Shown in pieces: positions 47,212 through 63,900 of a DNA stretch of 64,000 bases. The translations under genes were made by a program, and so were the position numbers. Within the stretch, counting starts at the first letter, position 1. Each line of letters opens with the position of its first letter. The stretch lies in NCBI GenBank assembly GCA_031835245.2, contig JAVKOQ020000003.1, positions 186,001-250,000 on the forward strand, given 5' to 3'. Below the pieces are notes generated by a model. It saw only the letters and a program-made list of their open reading frames with translations. It made no database searches and was not told the origin of the DNA. The DNA comes from Balamuthia mandrillaris. Taxonomy: Eukaryota.

Positions 47212-47634
47212 AGCCCGCCCCCTTCGCCCTCCTTTCCCAGCGTTTTTTTTTTTTTTTTGTTGTTGTGTGTGGTTTTGGTTGTATGTTGCCGTTTGTGGGT
47301 GCACGGAGAAGAAAGGCCGCCTGGGCCTCGCTCGTCTGCACCCCGCCACCCTCTATTACTGTAAACTATTCCCCCCTCTTGTTGCTTCTCTACCTACCCA
47401 CCACCAATGAATGCATGCATGCATGCATGTATTGTCGTTGTGGTTGGGATCTTCCTTCCACGCGAAGTTCCATTGTTCTTCTTTTTTTTTGTTGTTTTGG
47501 TTTTTTTTTATTTTATTTTGTTCGAAACCAGAAAAAAAAAAGAAAGAGGACAAAAAGAGGGAGAGAGAGAGAGAAAGCGAGAGAGAGAACACCTCGGGGG
47601 ATAGAGTCACACAACACAACCACACAACCGGCAA

Positions 47635-48609
47635 ATGAGACGCTCCAAGACAAGCACCCGTTCGCTGGAACGAGCGGACTACACTCCGATGGAGATGGAG
47701 CTCTTGTCCTCGCAGAACACCCAGAAAAACTACAAAACGCTGCAAGAGGAAGGCACTTACTGGTGCTTCTTCGCTCCTTTCTTCTCCTCCCCTTCCCAAA
47801 AGAGCTGACCAGGAGTTATGACTCAAGTTGAGAGGATTTTGGGGTTTTGATGGGAGATGCGTTGGGTCGTTGGTTAACCTTATGTTATTAACACTTGATC
47901 ATGCAGTTGCGCTCACTGTGGGCTGCGCTTGTTCAACTCAGCGGACAAGTTCGTGGCGAACAAGGGAGGCCCCACCTCGAGCTTCCGCTCCACCTTCAGC
48001 GAGGGCTGTGTGACCACTGGTGTTGACTACAGTTTCGGTTTACCCTCCATCAGCCTTAATTGTGCTGGCGTGCGTGTTCCTCCCTTTCTTAGCGCGCTCC
48101 TTATGATCACTCACCTCGTGCTTTCCTCTTCACCGATCCTCCCTTCTCTCTCATTCCCGTTTGATTAGTGCGGCCTCTATTTGGGGTCTCTGTACAAAGA
48201 CGGAAAACAAACTGGAGACGACCACCCTGCTGCTGGCCAGCGTTATTCCATCGTATCGGCTGCCGTGGAGTTTGAGAACAGCGCCAATGCAGCCATTGCC
48301 CCCGATGAGGTGTGCGTGGTGGCTGCGCCAGTACAAACGGAGGAAGAGGAAGAGCCAGAAGTGCCGACCTACGCCTCCTCCTCGTCAGCGGCCTCCTCGC
48401 ACATGGCGGACCCTTCTGGCTTGGACATCCTGACCGAAAAGCAGAGCCACCACCAACAGCAGCACACCGAGCAATCCCTCAAAAGCACCCACAAGGCACC
48501 AACAAAAAGCGGCAGCGGAGGAAACCTCGTCAAGTATGCCCACCTGGTGCTGCTGGCCGCCCCCCTCTGTCTTGCTCTCTACAACAAATATCAAAAGGGT
48601 TCTCACTAG
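47635..48609 (+). CDS. MsrB/SelR-fold protein lacking catalytic Cys, C-terminal TM anchor
   Basis: Exons 47635-47762, 47907-48069, 48169-48609 give GTYCCAHCGLRLFNSADKF...DYSFG...CAGCGLYLGSLYKDG...RYSIVSAAVEF. Confidence 0.8.
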
Positions 48610-48804
48610 CTGAAGCTTCAATCCACCTTGCTTCCCTCTTCCCTCTTCCCCCTGCCTCCCTTCATCTACCGTGTTTAGTCCGCGTTATAAATAAATAAGA
48701 AAAATAACAAGAGCAATGCCAACTACCGCAGGCACCATGTAGGGCAAGGGGTGGGTGGCGACACTCGGCGACTAGTGCATGCCTGCAGCAAGAACGGGTG
48801 GCTT

Positions 48805-50401
48805 TCATTGTTGAGCGCAGCCAATGCCACTGCTTCCTTCGTCCTCGTCTGCCTCGTAAGCCTCGCGTCTGTTGTACGACTGTCTCTGGGTGGAGCCAAA
48901 CTCTTGCAGATGTACCTCCTCTGCTTCCTTTAGATCAGCACCTTTTTGTGGGGAGGGCTTCGGCAAGATGGTGTTCAATAACTGCACCAGTAAAAAGAGA
49001 GTCAGTTATGCTAGAACAGACATATCTTAAAACGGTATATAAAATTACCTTGGCATGTTCTGGGTCTATGCTCTCTGGGAATTTGATGCTAAACTTAATA
49101 ACGAGCAATCCTTTGTCAAAAGGCCTCTTGTATTGGGGCATGCCCTCTCCTGGAATTTCCTTAACATCACCTGAACATTAAACGTCAGCATACAAGCCAA
49201 ATCGTGCGGAGGAAACATAGACCGCATGCTTACCCGGTTTTATTATTTCTCCTGGTCGTGACTTAACGAGCAAAACGCGGCCGTCCAGGTGAGTAATAGG
49301 AAAAGCAAAACCGCACAAAGCCTCTAAGAGAGTGAGCTCATGCTCCATAAAGAGGTCTGCACCATCTCTCTTAAAGGTGGAGTGGTCGTGTTCGTTCAGA
49401 ACCAGAATAACATCTCCAGGTGCAACATCAGGCTACATGGGCCACATGAAACGTAAGAAGGAAACCCACAAGAAGGAGAAAAGGAGAACAAGGCAGAGGG
49501 GAAGAGAACCTCCTGATCGCCTTCGCCGGAAAAAACGAGCTTTTGTTTGTGTTGCATTCCTTTATCAATGAACACCTCCAAGGTCTTCTTTTCTTCCACA
49601 ACTTTGGCTCCTTCGCAGCGCTTGCAGCGATCTTTGTCCTGGATGATTTCACCTTCTCCTCGACAGTCGGGACACTTGCTCTGAAGCTGTTGGACCATGC
49701 CAGGTCCGATTTGACGAAGGGTGACTTTGATGCCTCTGCCTTTGCAGGTACCGCATGTCTTCACGGCATCTGGATTCATTCCACCCTTACTACAAAGCGA
49801 ACAGTTAATTAAGCCCAAGTACATTGCAAAGGGAGTGGAGGCAAGCAGGGAGGAGGGGAAGAAAAGATGAGCAACCCGTTGCACTTGCTGCAAACGACAT
49901 TCTTCCGCAGATTAAACTTGGTGGTTTTGCCGTTGTACAAGTCCTCCAATGTGACGTCCACAACGTGAACAAGGTCCTCTCCTTTGCGGGGCCTTCTTCT
50001 GCCGCCGCCGCCGCCTCCTCCGAAAAATCCACCTCCACCAAATAGAGTAGAGAACAGGTCTTCGGCAGAGGCGTAGCCCCCACCGCCTCCTTCTTTGATA
50101 CCCTCTTCTCCGTAGCGATCATAAACCTGTTTCTTTTCAGGGTCTGACAATACTTCGTAAGCCATGCTTATTTCTTTGAACTGCAAAATCAGAAAAAGAA
50201 AGGGGGTTAGCGGACATTCACGCATAAGTTGTTGCTAGGGGAGGATCAGTTTGGTGTGTATGTTATTGCCTTATCCCCTGCGTCAGGATTTCTGTCGGGG
50301 TGAAACTCCATGGCCATCTTGCGGTAGCCTTTCTTGATGTCGGCAGGGGAAGCCTCGGGACCCACCCCCAAAAGCTCATAAAATCGCGTTTCCTTTGGCA
50401 T
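48805..50401 (-). CDS. Type I DnaJ/Hsp40 (DNAJA/Ydj1-like)
   Basis: J domain with HPD, G/F-rich region, CxxCxGxG repeats, C-terminal CaaX CAQQ. Confidence 0.96.
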
Positions 50402-50745
50402 CTTGGTGACTCACGGAGAGTTTGTTCTTGAGGAAAGGGCAAGCTAAGGGGCGAAAAAAAAAAAAAAAGCGTAGCGGGACGAGGCCGTTGGTTTGGAAAG
50501 AAGAGAGAAGCAGGGGGGGCAAAGCAAGGGCAAGCAAGCAACGACACCAACCAACCAACAACTTTTTTTTTCTTTCTTTTCTTTTTCCTTTTCCCCGCCG
50601 CGCCTACCAAAATTACGTGGCAAATCCCACGTGCAGCGACCCCTCGCTCTCGATCGTGATCATCATCTCATCGCTCCCGCCCCTGACGTCAGCAGGCCAA
50701 CGCTAGCTACTGCGGAGTCGTGAGGCCACGCCAAGAAAGACCAAG

Positions 50746-53554
<2,809 letters not shown>

Positions 53555-53591
53555 GGAACAAAGTTTTGGTGCGCACTTTTATTTAACAAAC

Positions 53592-55159
53592 TTAATGTGC
53601 CAATATTGGTTGGCGTTGAGTGTATTTAAGAAGCCGAACTACAGTTGCAGGAGTAATGCCGCTGATTTGTCTGGCCATTCCAATTGTAGTCGGCCGTTCT
53701 TTGCTTAGCTTTTGTTTTTCTTCTGTGGATAAGCTGTCTAAAGCCCAGTAGTCCAAATCAGGAGGAAGGTAAAGCTGGTTTTCCTGCCTGTAGGCTGCTA
53801 TTTCTTTCTCTTGTTTCTTAATATAGTTGTTATAATGGGACTCCGTTTCAAGGAAGGAAAAGACTTGTGGATCCATGCCTTTCAATTCCTCTGGAAACGA
53901 TTTCAGCAGCCCATCAAGGCTAAGTTTAAACTTTCCAATCATATCCCAGCCACTCAGTTGGCCACAGCCGTTCACAAATGGAAAGCCCTTTGACTCCCAT
54001 CGATGAGGGCTCAATACCAATTGCTGAAGAGCAGTTTGGCATGCTTTTATTTTGTCCTGTCTTTCTTTGAGACGAGTCATTCGTTGAGGGGTCTGAATGC
54101 CACCCAGTTCGTACGCCTTTTTTGTTAATCTCAAGTCGGCATTGTCTAGTGGGAAGTGAGCAAAATGAGAAAAAATAAAATACAAATACAAAACAAAACA
54201 ACAATATATGAAACTTGGGCGCAAACAAAAAGAACATACCTGCTCGAAGACTAAGGCGGTACTCTGCCCGACTTGTAAACATTCTGTAGGGCTCATTGGT
54301 TCCCAGAGAGGTCAAATCATTGATTAAAACACCAATGTAGGCGTCACCACGATCAAGAACAAACGAAGTTCCAGGTTTGGTAACGGATAGACCCGCATTG
54401 AAACCAGCCATAATACCTTGCGCTGCAGCCTCTTCATAGCCCGTACTTCCTGCATGTTCATAACGATTTGGGCATGAGGGAGAAAAAGATCAAAAAGTAA
54501 GGCTAGCATAGGAGTGCCCACCATTGATCTGGCCTGCAAAGTAAAGACCAGAGACCTGCTTGGTTTCCAGGGTGGGTAGCAGGTTTCTAGGGTCAACATA
54601 GTCATACTCAATGGCATAGCCTGGTCGAATCATGTGTACATTCTCCAGGCCTGGGATGGTGCGCAAAAATTCAAGTTGTACGTCTTCTGGCAGTGCTGTA
54701 GATATACCGTTCGGATATACAACGTCAGTGGTAAATCCCTCCGGCTCCAGGAATACTTGGTGGCTTGCCTTGTCGGCGAATTGGCGGACTTTAGATTCCA
54801 AGGAAGGACAATACCTTGGTCCAAGTCCTTGTCCTTCACCCGACTCAAACCGAGGCAGGAGGGCAATATTCTTCCTCACAATTTCATGAGTTTGTTCGGT
54901 GGTACGCGTTATATGGCAGCTCGCTTGGGAATCCGCAAACTTGACAGAGTTGTGTAGGAAGGAGAACGGAAGAGGAGGAGTATCTCCTGGCTGTACGACA
55001 AGTTTGCTGTAGTCGATGGATGGTCCATGAAGGCGTGGTGGTGTGCCTGTCTTTAGCCGTCCTAAAGGAAATTGAAACCGTGCCAACGTTTCTGCCAAGT
55101 TTTTAGAGGCTGGGTCTCCGAACCGCCCCGCTTCGAACCGTTTATCTCCTGTTTGGCCC

Positions 55160-55206
<47 letters not shown>

Positions 55207-56097
55207 GAAAGAAAGAAAGAAGAAAAAAAAAGAATAAGAACAAGAACAAGAAAAGAAAAAAGAAGAAGAAGGAGAACAAGAAGAAGAACAAGCACAAGCA
55301 CAAGCACAAGCACAAGGAGTACGCACCCAAATGGATCACGCCCCGCAAAAAGGTGCCAGTGGTGAGCACAACTTTGGCGGCTCTGATGATCTGGCCGGAG
55401 TTTAGTACGACGCCTTCCACTTTCTTACCGTCCTCACTCAAGAGGAGGTCATCCACTGCGCCTTCCATGAGGGAAAGGTTTGTTATACGGCCTAATTCTT
55501 CTTGCATACGCTTACGATAGAGCAACCTATCTGCTTGTGCCCTGGGTCCCTATGAAAGAGTGATAGCAGCAGCAGTGCAGAGGTGAGGAAGGGTCAAATC
55601 ATAAGAGGCGGGTGTAGACGTACGTGTACAGCAGGACCGCGAGAACGGTTTAGCACCCTAAATTGAATGCCAGCCTGGTCTATTACTTTGCCCATGAGTC
55701 CATCAAGAGCATCTATTTCACGCACGAGGTGACCCTTCCCAACGCCGCCGATGGAGGGGTTGCAAGACATGACGCCAATGGTATCCAGCTTGTGGGTGAG
55801 CAAAAGGGTTTTGGCGCCCACGCGGGCTGCAGCAGAGCAAGCCTCGCATCCGGCATGCCCTCCCCCTATCACCACCACCTCGTAGCTTGCGTTGCGGTTT
55901 TCTTCAGCATTGCTGCCACTTCCATTGGCAGAAAAGGTACTTGCGGTGGTAGTGAGGGCTCTGCCACGGACACGAGGCCCAGCAACAAATGGCGCCAGCG
56001 CGCTCTTGTGCCCAAACGGACCGCCACCACCCTTAAACCAATACGCAGTCCTTCTGCTGCTGCAGTGCCTGCCAGCCAACCACCAGCCACTCTCCAT
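53592..56097 (-). CDS. MTO1: tRNA U34 carboxymethylaminomethyl modification enzyme MnmG/GidA (mitochondrial MTO1)
   Basis: [63 protein letters not shown]. Confidence 0.97.
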
Positions 56098-56569
56098 CTG
56101 TCTGTCCAGCCGCCAAGGGAAAAATGCTCTTCTTCTTCTTGTTCTCCTCCTCCTTCTTCTTGTTCTTCTTCTTCTACTCCTTAGGGGTTGGGTTGTTGTC
56201 TACAAAAATCCAACAATACAGGCCGATGCATCAGCCTCCTACGCCGCCAGCTTTGGCGTTCAGAGCTTTTGCCTCGCGCAACAAAGCGGAACCCCACCAA
56301 TGCAGAGAGCTTGCGTGGGGAAAGTTCGTTCACAAGTGACGGACCTGATGGCTCCGTGTTGTTTTAGGAACGTCGAGAGCGCTTGCCCTTGGAGGCCAAG
56401 TTTATTTGCTTGCTTCTCTATTTTCAAAGCAAAATGAAGACACAAAAAATGCTACAGGAGGAGCAGGAGCAGGAATTGCTTTCAAGATGAAGTGGGGAGG
56501 ACAGGGCGAGCACGCTCCTGCATAAGTTGAAGAAGGGTAGGGTATATAGTATGTAATAGGAGGTGCTGC

Positions 56570-57794
56570 TTACTTCGGTCAAAGCGAAGGATGTGGCCAG
56601 CAGATAAAGGAAGGCTAGGGAGGGACAATGCTGCAGCCGCCTGTGGTGGATCCCTCACACGTATCTCCCCTATGGGAAGAGCTATCCGCGTTGTGCCTAT
56701 TTACGAAGTGATGATCGTTATCACCCACAATTGATCAGCAGACAGAGAGAAGAGGAAACCAAACTAGTAATAAAAACGGAATCCCAGCTGTCCAGAGCAG
56801 AGGAAAGAGTGGGAGCTTGCTGCACCAGCGGAATGTTGTGGATCGTGCATGTATCAATGACGAGCTTCCGCATTGTTCCTTTCAAAACCATATCATCAGG
56901 AGCTGTCTGAATGGTACCGTTCTTCAATATAACAAAAACGTTGCTAGAAAGCCCTTCAGATAGCTGCCCTTCTTCTCCATGGGCCATGAGCCCCTCTTCT
57001 TCCCCTTCCTGTAATAGGTTCTCATAGCTCTGTCGTGCTTTCAGCCATGCGGAGCTTTTTAGCTGCGGGTCACTACGAAGGGGGGCAGGGTACATGCAGG
57101 CCGCGTAGAACTTTTCGGGGTCTTTCTGTGGCAGTGCATGCACATGCACCCATGGTTGCAACAGGCCCTCTTCCGCTTCTGTAAGTAAAAATAGAACTTT
57201 CATCTCCTTTCCTTCGTGCTCAGGGTTGTTTCGCAGAAACGTGGTTAAGCCAACCCGCACTGCGGGGAGGAATAGCTCTTCCACTTCTTCTGTTGTTAAA
57301 GGGTGGGAAGAGGATTCCTCTGTCTTTGTCTGTGCTACTCTTTCGTTGTTCTTTTCAGGTTGTTTGTCTCCACCTGCGCTTTCAGAACAAGGCTTGTGGG
57401 ACCTCTGTAGCATTGCTTGTTATGGGTCGTGAAATAGAAGGAAGGGGAGAACAAGAAGACCAAGGACAAGAATGAAATGAGAAACAAGAACACGAGAAGA
57501 CAGAGTACAGAAGCGAAAAGGTACCAAGGCGACGCATGTGAGAGTCCCAGTCAAAGATATTAGAGCCACCAACAGTTCTGGCGGCAGAATAAACGGCTTA
57601 GAAGCCCCAATCAAAGCGTGCAGCCTCGCTTCACGTTAGAGAGTGAAGAAGACATTGCAGAGGAAGCACCTACCCGAAGGGAAGTACTGCAAGAATTCTT
57701 TAGGGTTAAGCATGTGGTCCGTCCATACGGAAGTTCCCTTGATAATGACATAGGCAAGCCCTCCATTACGTATTGGTTGCAGTGGGCTTGCCAT
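56570..57794 (-). CDS. Class IV PLP-dependent aminotransferase-like protein (3' end unresolved; may extend to ~56260)
   Basis: AVYSAART...WDSHMRRL, RSDPQLKSS, EGLSSNVFV, VLKGTMR, FITSTTR. Confidence 0.8.
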
Positions 57795-58473
57795 TCTTCG
57801 TCTCGGCAAACCCCAGAAGACTGGACCTGTTCCGCCTTTGCAGTCTGCCTTCCTTTCGTCTTTATCGGTTATCGGGGACAGATCAACCCAACTGATCGCG
57901 AGCTTGACCAACCGAATTTCAATAACCCGTTTGGTGACGTCATTAAACAGGTGATCTGGCTTGCGGAAGAAAACTCCTTTTTCTGTGCCGCCGCTGGGCA
58001 TGCCCAACCAGCAGCAGCAGCCACCAGCTAGCTGCTGTTAATTTTTTGACGAGAGTAGCAGCTGTAACGAGGCTATCTATCTATCGCCGCACCCGCTAGT
58101 AGCGTAGCACAGCTTAGCATAGCAGCAGCCCCACTACCACTGCCACTACCACTACCACTGCAACAACAACAACAACAACTGACAAAGCTCAAATACCAAC
58201 CAGAAGAAGAAGAAGAGGAGAGAGGTTGTTCTTCGTTTTGGCGGCCCCTGGTTTCCCCTACATCTTGTCTGCCTGCTGCCTACTATCATCGACGTCATCA
58301 ATCTCCTCCCCCCTTGACCCCCGTCCTGAAATCTTTGAAGTGGGGGCTGGCTGGCTGGCTGCTACTACTTCTCTGAAAAAAAAAAACAAAAAGGTTTTTT
58401 TTTTGTGCGGCACCAACCATGGGCAAGGTAGAAGGGTGTGTGCTAACGTTTCTCCACTAAACCGTCTTCCCAG

Positions 58474-58759
58474 ATGAACTCCTTAGCTCTCTGCCTTTCC
58501 CTTCTTTCCATGCTTTTATGTCATCACATCGTGGCGGGAGAGCTCTGGGAACAGAGGCATCACTTTGGCACGAAAACGCCGTACTATCCCTTGCAAGACC
58601 CTAGCACCTACACTCCTATTCCTGACAAGTGCCATGTCCACTATGTCAACCTGGTGGCTCGTCACGGAACCCGAGAGCCTACCTCTGGAGACCAAAGAGA
58701 CCTCTCTGCTTTGGAAAGCCTCTTGGTTGAGAAAAAAGACGCTATCATTAACCCTGGTG

Positions 58760-58796
<37 letters not shown>

Positions 58797-60633
58797 CCCA
58801 CGCTCTGCTCTCTGCGCTCTCTGCTCGCTCTGCTTTGTCTCTCGTTCTACGTCAGACCTAACTGTTGTTTGTGGTCCTCCTTGCAGATTATGCCTGGCTG
58901 AAGGAGTGGAAAAACCCTTTTAGAGAGAATGAAGCGGGTTTGCTGGTAACTCCCGGCGAACAGCAGCACTACCAGATTGCGTTGCGTATGAGGGAGGAAT
59001 ACCCCTCTATTTTCAACTACTCGTTCCTCGAGAGTCGTTACTTTATAGAGAGCACCCAAGTCTCAAGGGCTGGCCGGAGCGCCAATGCTTTTGCCTATGG
59101 TTTGGTACGTGCTGCTTCTTTATTCGACAACAAACATGTCTGACTAGAGAACAACAGTTTGAGGGCAAAGGAGATATTGGAGTCAGTCGATATGACCCCT
59201 TCTTTATTCAAACATACAACGGCACTTTGGACAGGGAACTCCGCTTCTTTGATCTTTGCACAAATTATGTGGAAGATATCGCTAACAATCCATCCGGTAC
59301 CTTATCCACCATTTATTTTTGTCCTTCCCTTCCAATAGAGAGTGATTTTGTTTGTATTCATTACCACATGCGACAATATTAGCACGAGAGGAGTCAACTA
59401 AGTACTCTGAGAAGATGCTACCCCATATTGCCGACAAAATAAGTCACCTATTGGGCGGAGAGAACCCAACCTGGATGATAACCTCTGAAAATGTACGTTT
59501 TTAAAAGCATTTCTCAATCTTTTTATTCCTGGTTCTTGTTCTAAGTTGGCCACTTACTCAGGTTGAGGCGATGTGGTCAGCCTGTGTCTTTGAAGTATCT
59601 GTGCAGAATCTTACAGACCAATTTTGTACCTTATTTGACGAAGAGCTAACTGCTATAATGGACTACCGAGATGACCTTAAGCAGTATTGGCTGAAGAGTT
59701 ATGGTTACCCCCTTAATTATGAGATGGCCTGCCCGCTCATGCAAGACATGGTAGACGCTTTTGATAAAGCAATCGGTTAGTGCACTGCCTTTTCACTTGT
59801 TATTTGACTTTTCTGACGGTGGGTAAACTTTTGCATAGCATACAATGGCGCTGCTGAGTTTGCGCCAAAGGCTGATCTTAGATTTGCGCATGCTGAAACT
59901 GTAATTCCATTTCTAAGGTAATTACTCCAGTTTTGAGTTCAGGAAGCATATCTAAAAGTTGTTTCAAGTTTGTTGGGCTTCTACAAAGAATCAGAGCCAC
60001 CTATGGCAGATAGCTCAGAGGCATTCAAGCAAACCAGACAATGGCGTTCTAGTGTATTAGCACCCTTTGCTTCCAATGTTGCTATTGTACTTTACAAGTG
60101 TTCTGGTGGCCAGACATACAAGTACGCTCTATCATTTTTGCTATCACATAGTATCCTATTGACACGCCCTCTCTGTTTAACTCAGGGTAAAAGTGCTGCA
60201 TAATGAACAGGAAATGCAAGTGCCAAGTTGCAGTGGTAGTATTTACTGTGACTATGAGGAATTTAAGGCAATATACCAAAAGCCTTTAACACAGTGTGAC
60301 TTTGACCTCATGTGTGGCATCTCCAATGATCCCTGCCAGTCTGCCAGCTCTGCTTCATCTTCTGATGCACCATCATCTTCTTCATCTTCTTCATCATCTT
60401 CTTGTAATGATGAAGAAACAGATATTAGTCAGTGGAATTTGACTCAAAGCAAGGGAATCATGGCCTTAGTAATTGGCTGTTTGGGTGGTGTACTCATTGG
60501 TATGCTTCTCAGCCTTCTTATTTTTGTAATTTGGCAGTTTGTGCAAAGGCGAAACAAAGGAGTTCAAGTAGTTGGCAAAGAACATTATAACCTTGTTAAT
60601 GGCTCTTTTCCCTCAGATGAAGTTGTTTTATAA
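58474..60633 (+). CDS. MINPP1: Histidine acid phosphatase, MINPP1/phytase-like, with signal peptide and C-terminal TM
   Basis: FGTKTPY, RHGTREP, LRFFD.C, LRFAHAET, PFASN. Confidence 0.9.
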
Positions 60634-60920
60634 ATTTTTATAATATTTATCTTCAAACAAGAAATCCCTTTTTACTTGTGCCATTTTTACTTTTAATACA
60701 ATTCCCTGACTTGAAACTGATGCACAACACTTTGTTTCTTTTAACCAAAGTGAAAACTAATCAGACTTTTTCTTACAAACAATTTTTGATTGCCATTTCA
60801 TTTCACAGTATTTTTTATTTCATTTTATATTTTCAATGTATTATTGTTTTAAAAGCTACTCTTAAATATATGTTTATAGTATGATAAAAAATGACTAGTC
60901 ACTGAAACTTACAACAGTTA

Positions 60921-63900
60921 TCATATGCTGCTATTAATAGCAACAGTACTACTAGGAAGTCGAGTCTTTTGAGGTGATACAACATGGGACATGCCAGAAA
61001 AAGGCTCATTTTCTGTCCCAAAGTAAACAATAATAACAGTAATGTTGTCCAAACTTCCTTTTTTCAAAGCTTCTCTTACAAGACCTTCTGCTGCCTTTTC
61101 ACAGGAGTTGTGTATTAATAAGTATTGCAAAACAATATCAACAGCCTCTTGATTTGAAAGTACATCCCAGAGCCTAACAAATACAGTTAAATATTGACAA
61201 AAAACCATTTCTCTCTCTTCTCAGTTTGGGAAACGAACCCATCACAAGCAAGAATTATGAACTTATCAGAAGGACTATGTATCGTAAGCTCAATTTCAGG
61301 TTCAGCAATTATAAGATCATCTGAAAACTCTTTTCCCCAATATTTATTTTTGAGTGTTCCTTTGTATTCCACATCCCCTGATACCAATTTAAAGTTAAAA
61401 TAAAAAAGCATAGTAAATAAACAACCAAAAAAAAAAAAAAACTAATCACCTATAGCTCTACTGACAGATAGTTCACCACACACACGACTAGTGGTAATAA
61501 AGCCAACCATGTCAACCAACCGTGAAGGAATTTGCATGAGATTAATCAAAGCTGGATTGATTCGATATAGTTGTGATAGGTTGAGATCCTTGGAATTGAC
61601 AATCCAGCCCCCTGCAGCTTTGATGCGCCTTTGCTCATCGTCTCGGGAGGGCTTGTGGTCCCTGGTTAATACTCTAGCACACCCATTACCGTCACAAAGT
61701 ACAGCACGAGAATCGCCCAGGTTGGCCATCACCAATCTATAAGGAACAACAGGTGAGATAAATGGAAAGCAAAGGAAGTAAAAATACAGACCTATCGCCT
61801 TCTAGAAGTGCAGCCACAACTGTAGTGCCACAATAAAGCTCTTTCTCCACCGCAAAAGCAGTAAAATTATCATCGGTGATCTTGAATCCTTGTCGAATAG
61901 CTTCCTTAATGTTGCCGCTGCGACTTCTTGCCAGAGGACGCGGTACTCGACATTCGCCACACGTCATTTTTTCCTTATCTTTCTTGTGCTTATGCTCAAT
62001 GACCAGTTCTTGAGTGCCAGAAAAGCTGGGATGTTTCACAATATTATTCAACAGACTCTGTTGTGCAAAAGCGGCAGCTTCACGACCACCATGACCTAAA
62101 ATGGATGGTGGTTAGGATTACACCCGTTTCAAAAGTTAAAGGAATAGACATACAACGTATGTATGAGAAACAAGGAAAAGAAAATAACATGACAGAAGGA
62201 TTGTAACAAAGAAAGATTGACCAACCATCAAATACTGCAAAGAAGGCACGAGGAATCGAGTCACTAGCAAGCCCATAATCTTTGTTAACATCTGGTACTA
62301 TACAATATTCGTCCTCCATGCTGCAGCGTTGTCCTTGAGTATGGGCGACAGCCACGGAAAACCGCAACCCTGTGTGCCTCTACCAAAGCGTTTAGCAAAA
62401 CCAAAAAGGCAAATCAAGAACAAGCAGAACCTTGACGGTTTCAGTTAAAGTTGCTGGCTGCCATTCCGAGCTCATGGCCTGGTTGCTTTCCTGGGTGATA
62501 TTTACTGTGACAACAAAAACTACGTATAAGAACTAACATGACAGGAACAGAGGATGCAAAAGGTAAGTCTACCAGATGTACACTTTTTCCACCATTTTGG
62601 TGTCTGAATAACTCGTTGACGTGCAGCTAAATGCAAAGGAGAAAGAACATGTTGTACAATCTGGGCTACGGAGCAGTGAATTCCCAAAAGCCACCGTTTG
62701 CACATCTCTTCTGTCGTTGCACGAAAGATGAATGGCCGAGTAACGCTGTTCACAACAAAAGCACAGGTGCCATGCTTGGGAGCTGTCCGGATGGAATCTA
62801 CCAACGAGAGGGGAATACAACCGTGAATTGGTCGTCGGAACGAAACAGATCCGTCATCTTCTTTAAAGACGAACTCGTCCTCAGACTCAGAGCACCAAGA
62901 AGTTGAGGGGGAGGGGGAGGAGGAAGAGGCAGAAGACGAGCCTTCTACAGCCCGAGTCAGTTCACCAGGACGATCAGAAACACTTCGATCTTTCCAATAA
63001 TAGAGCTTGGCATGGTACAACACCACCCAACGTTGCTTCCATTCCTTGTTTTTGCTTCTCTTGTGGAGATAGCCCTCCACATACTGGGACTTGAAATACT
63101 ATCAGGTAGAAACTGCATTAACGAGTGTGTATGCTACTTTAGGGAAAGATGCAACGTACAGGGTGGTAGTCATCATCCTTACGAGGAAGGATAAAGCTGG
63201 TGCCTCGACTGGTTCTAAGGAGACGGATCTTCCGGCGGTCATCACTACCGGCAGAGGAAGGTTGGGTTGAGGGAGGTGGGGAAGCACGCGGTGGAGAGAA
63301 GCTATTGGAGACGATAGAAGGTGGCGGACTGAAGGAACGTATGTTTTCTGTGCTTTCGAACGGATCCTTACTGCTGGAGAAAGGGTCAAAGAGAGAGGAG
63401 GATGTTTGTGCACGCCGAAGGGAGTTGCCGTAAAGCGGCCAAAGTGAAGATGGAAAATCAGCTTTGGCAAAGGAGAAGTTGGTAACACCGTCAGGGGATT
63501 TTGCGTTGTGTGTTTTGCTGGGTAAAATGTTGGGTGCTATTTCTTTCCACTGTTGGCGGGCCTCCTCTTCGAGTTTTTGCAAGACCTCCTCGCTCAGCAT
63601 GACCGAATTGAGAACTGCAAAGAGGTACACAGTCAGAGCACCGTAGACCAAGATTGGTTCAGCTATCAGTTGCTGCGAAACCTCCAAAGTTAATGGTTTT
63701 AACTCCTTTTCAAAGTCAATGCCCAGGGCTACGAACTTGTCAGCGATTAAGTCGTAGAGACCTTCGTGAGCCAATATCCAGTTTTGGCAGAGAGCGGTTG
63801 CAAGTTCCTCTGCTTCTTCGGGTGGTCCCTGCTCCAAGGCTGCTGAGTAACCCTCTACCAGCCGCGCCAAGGGGATCAGAGCGGCCTCTTTTTGATAGTA

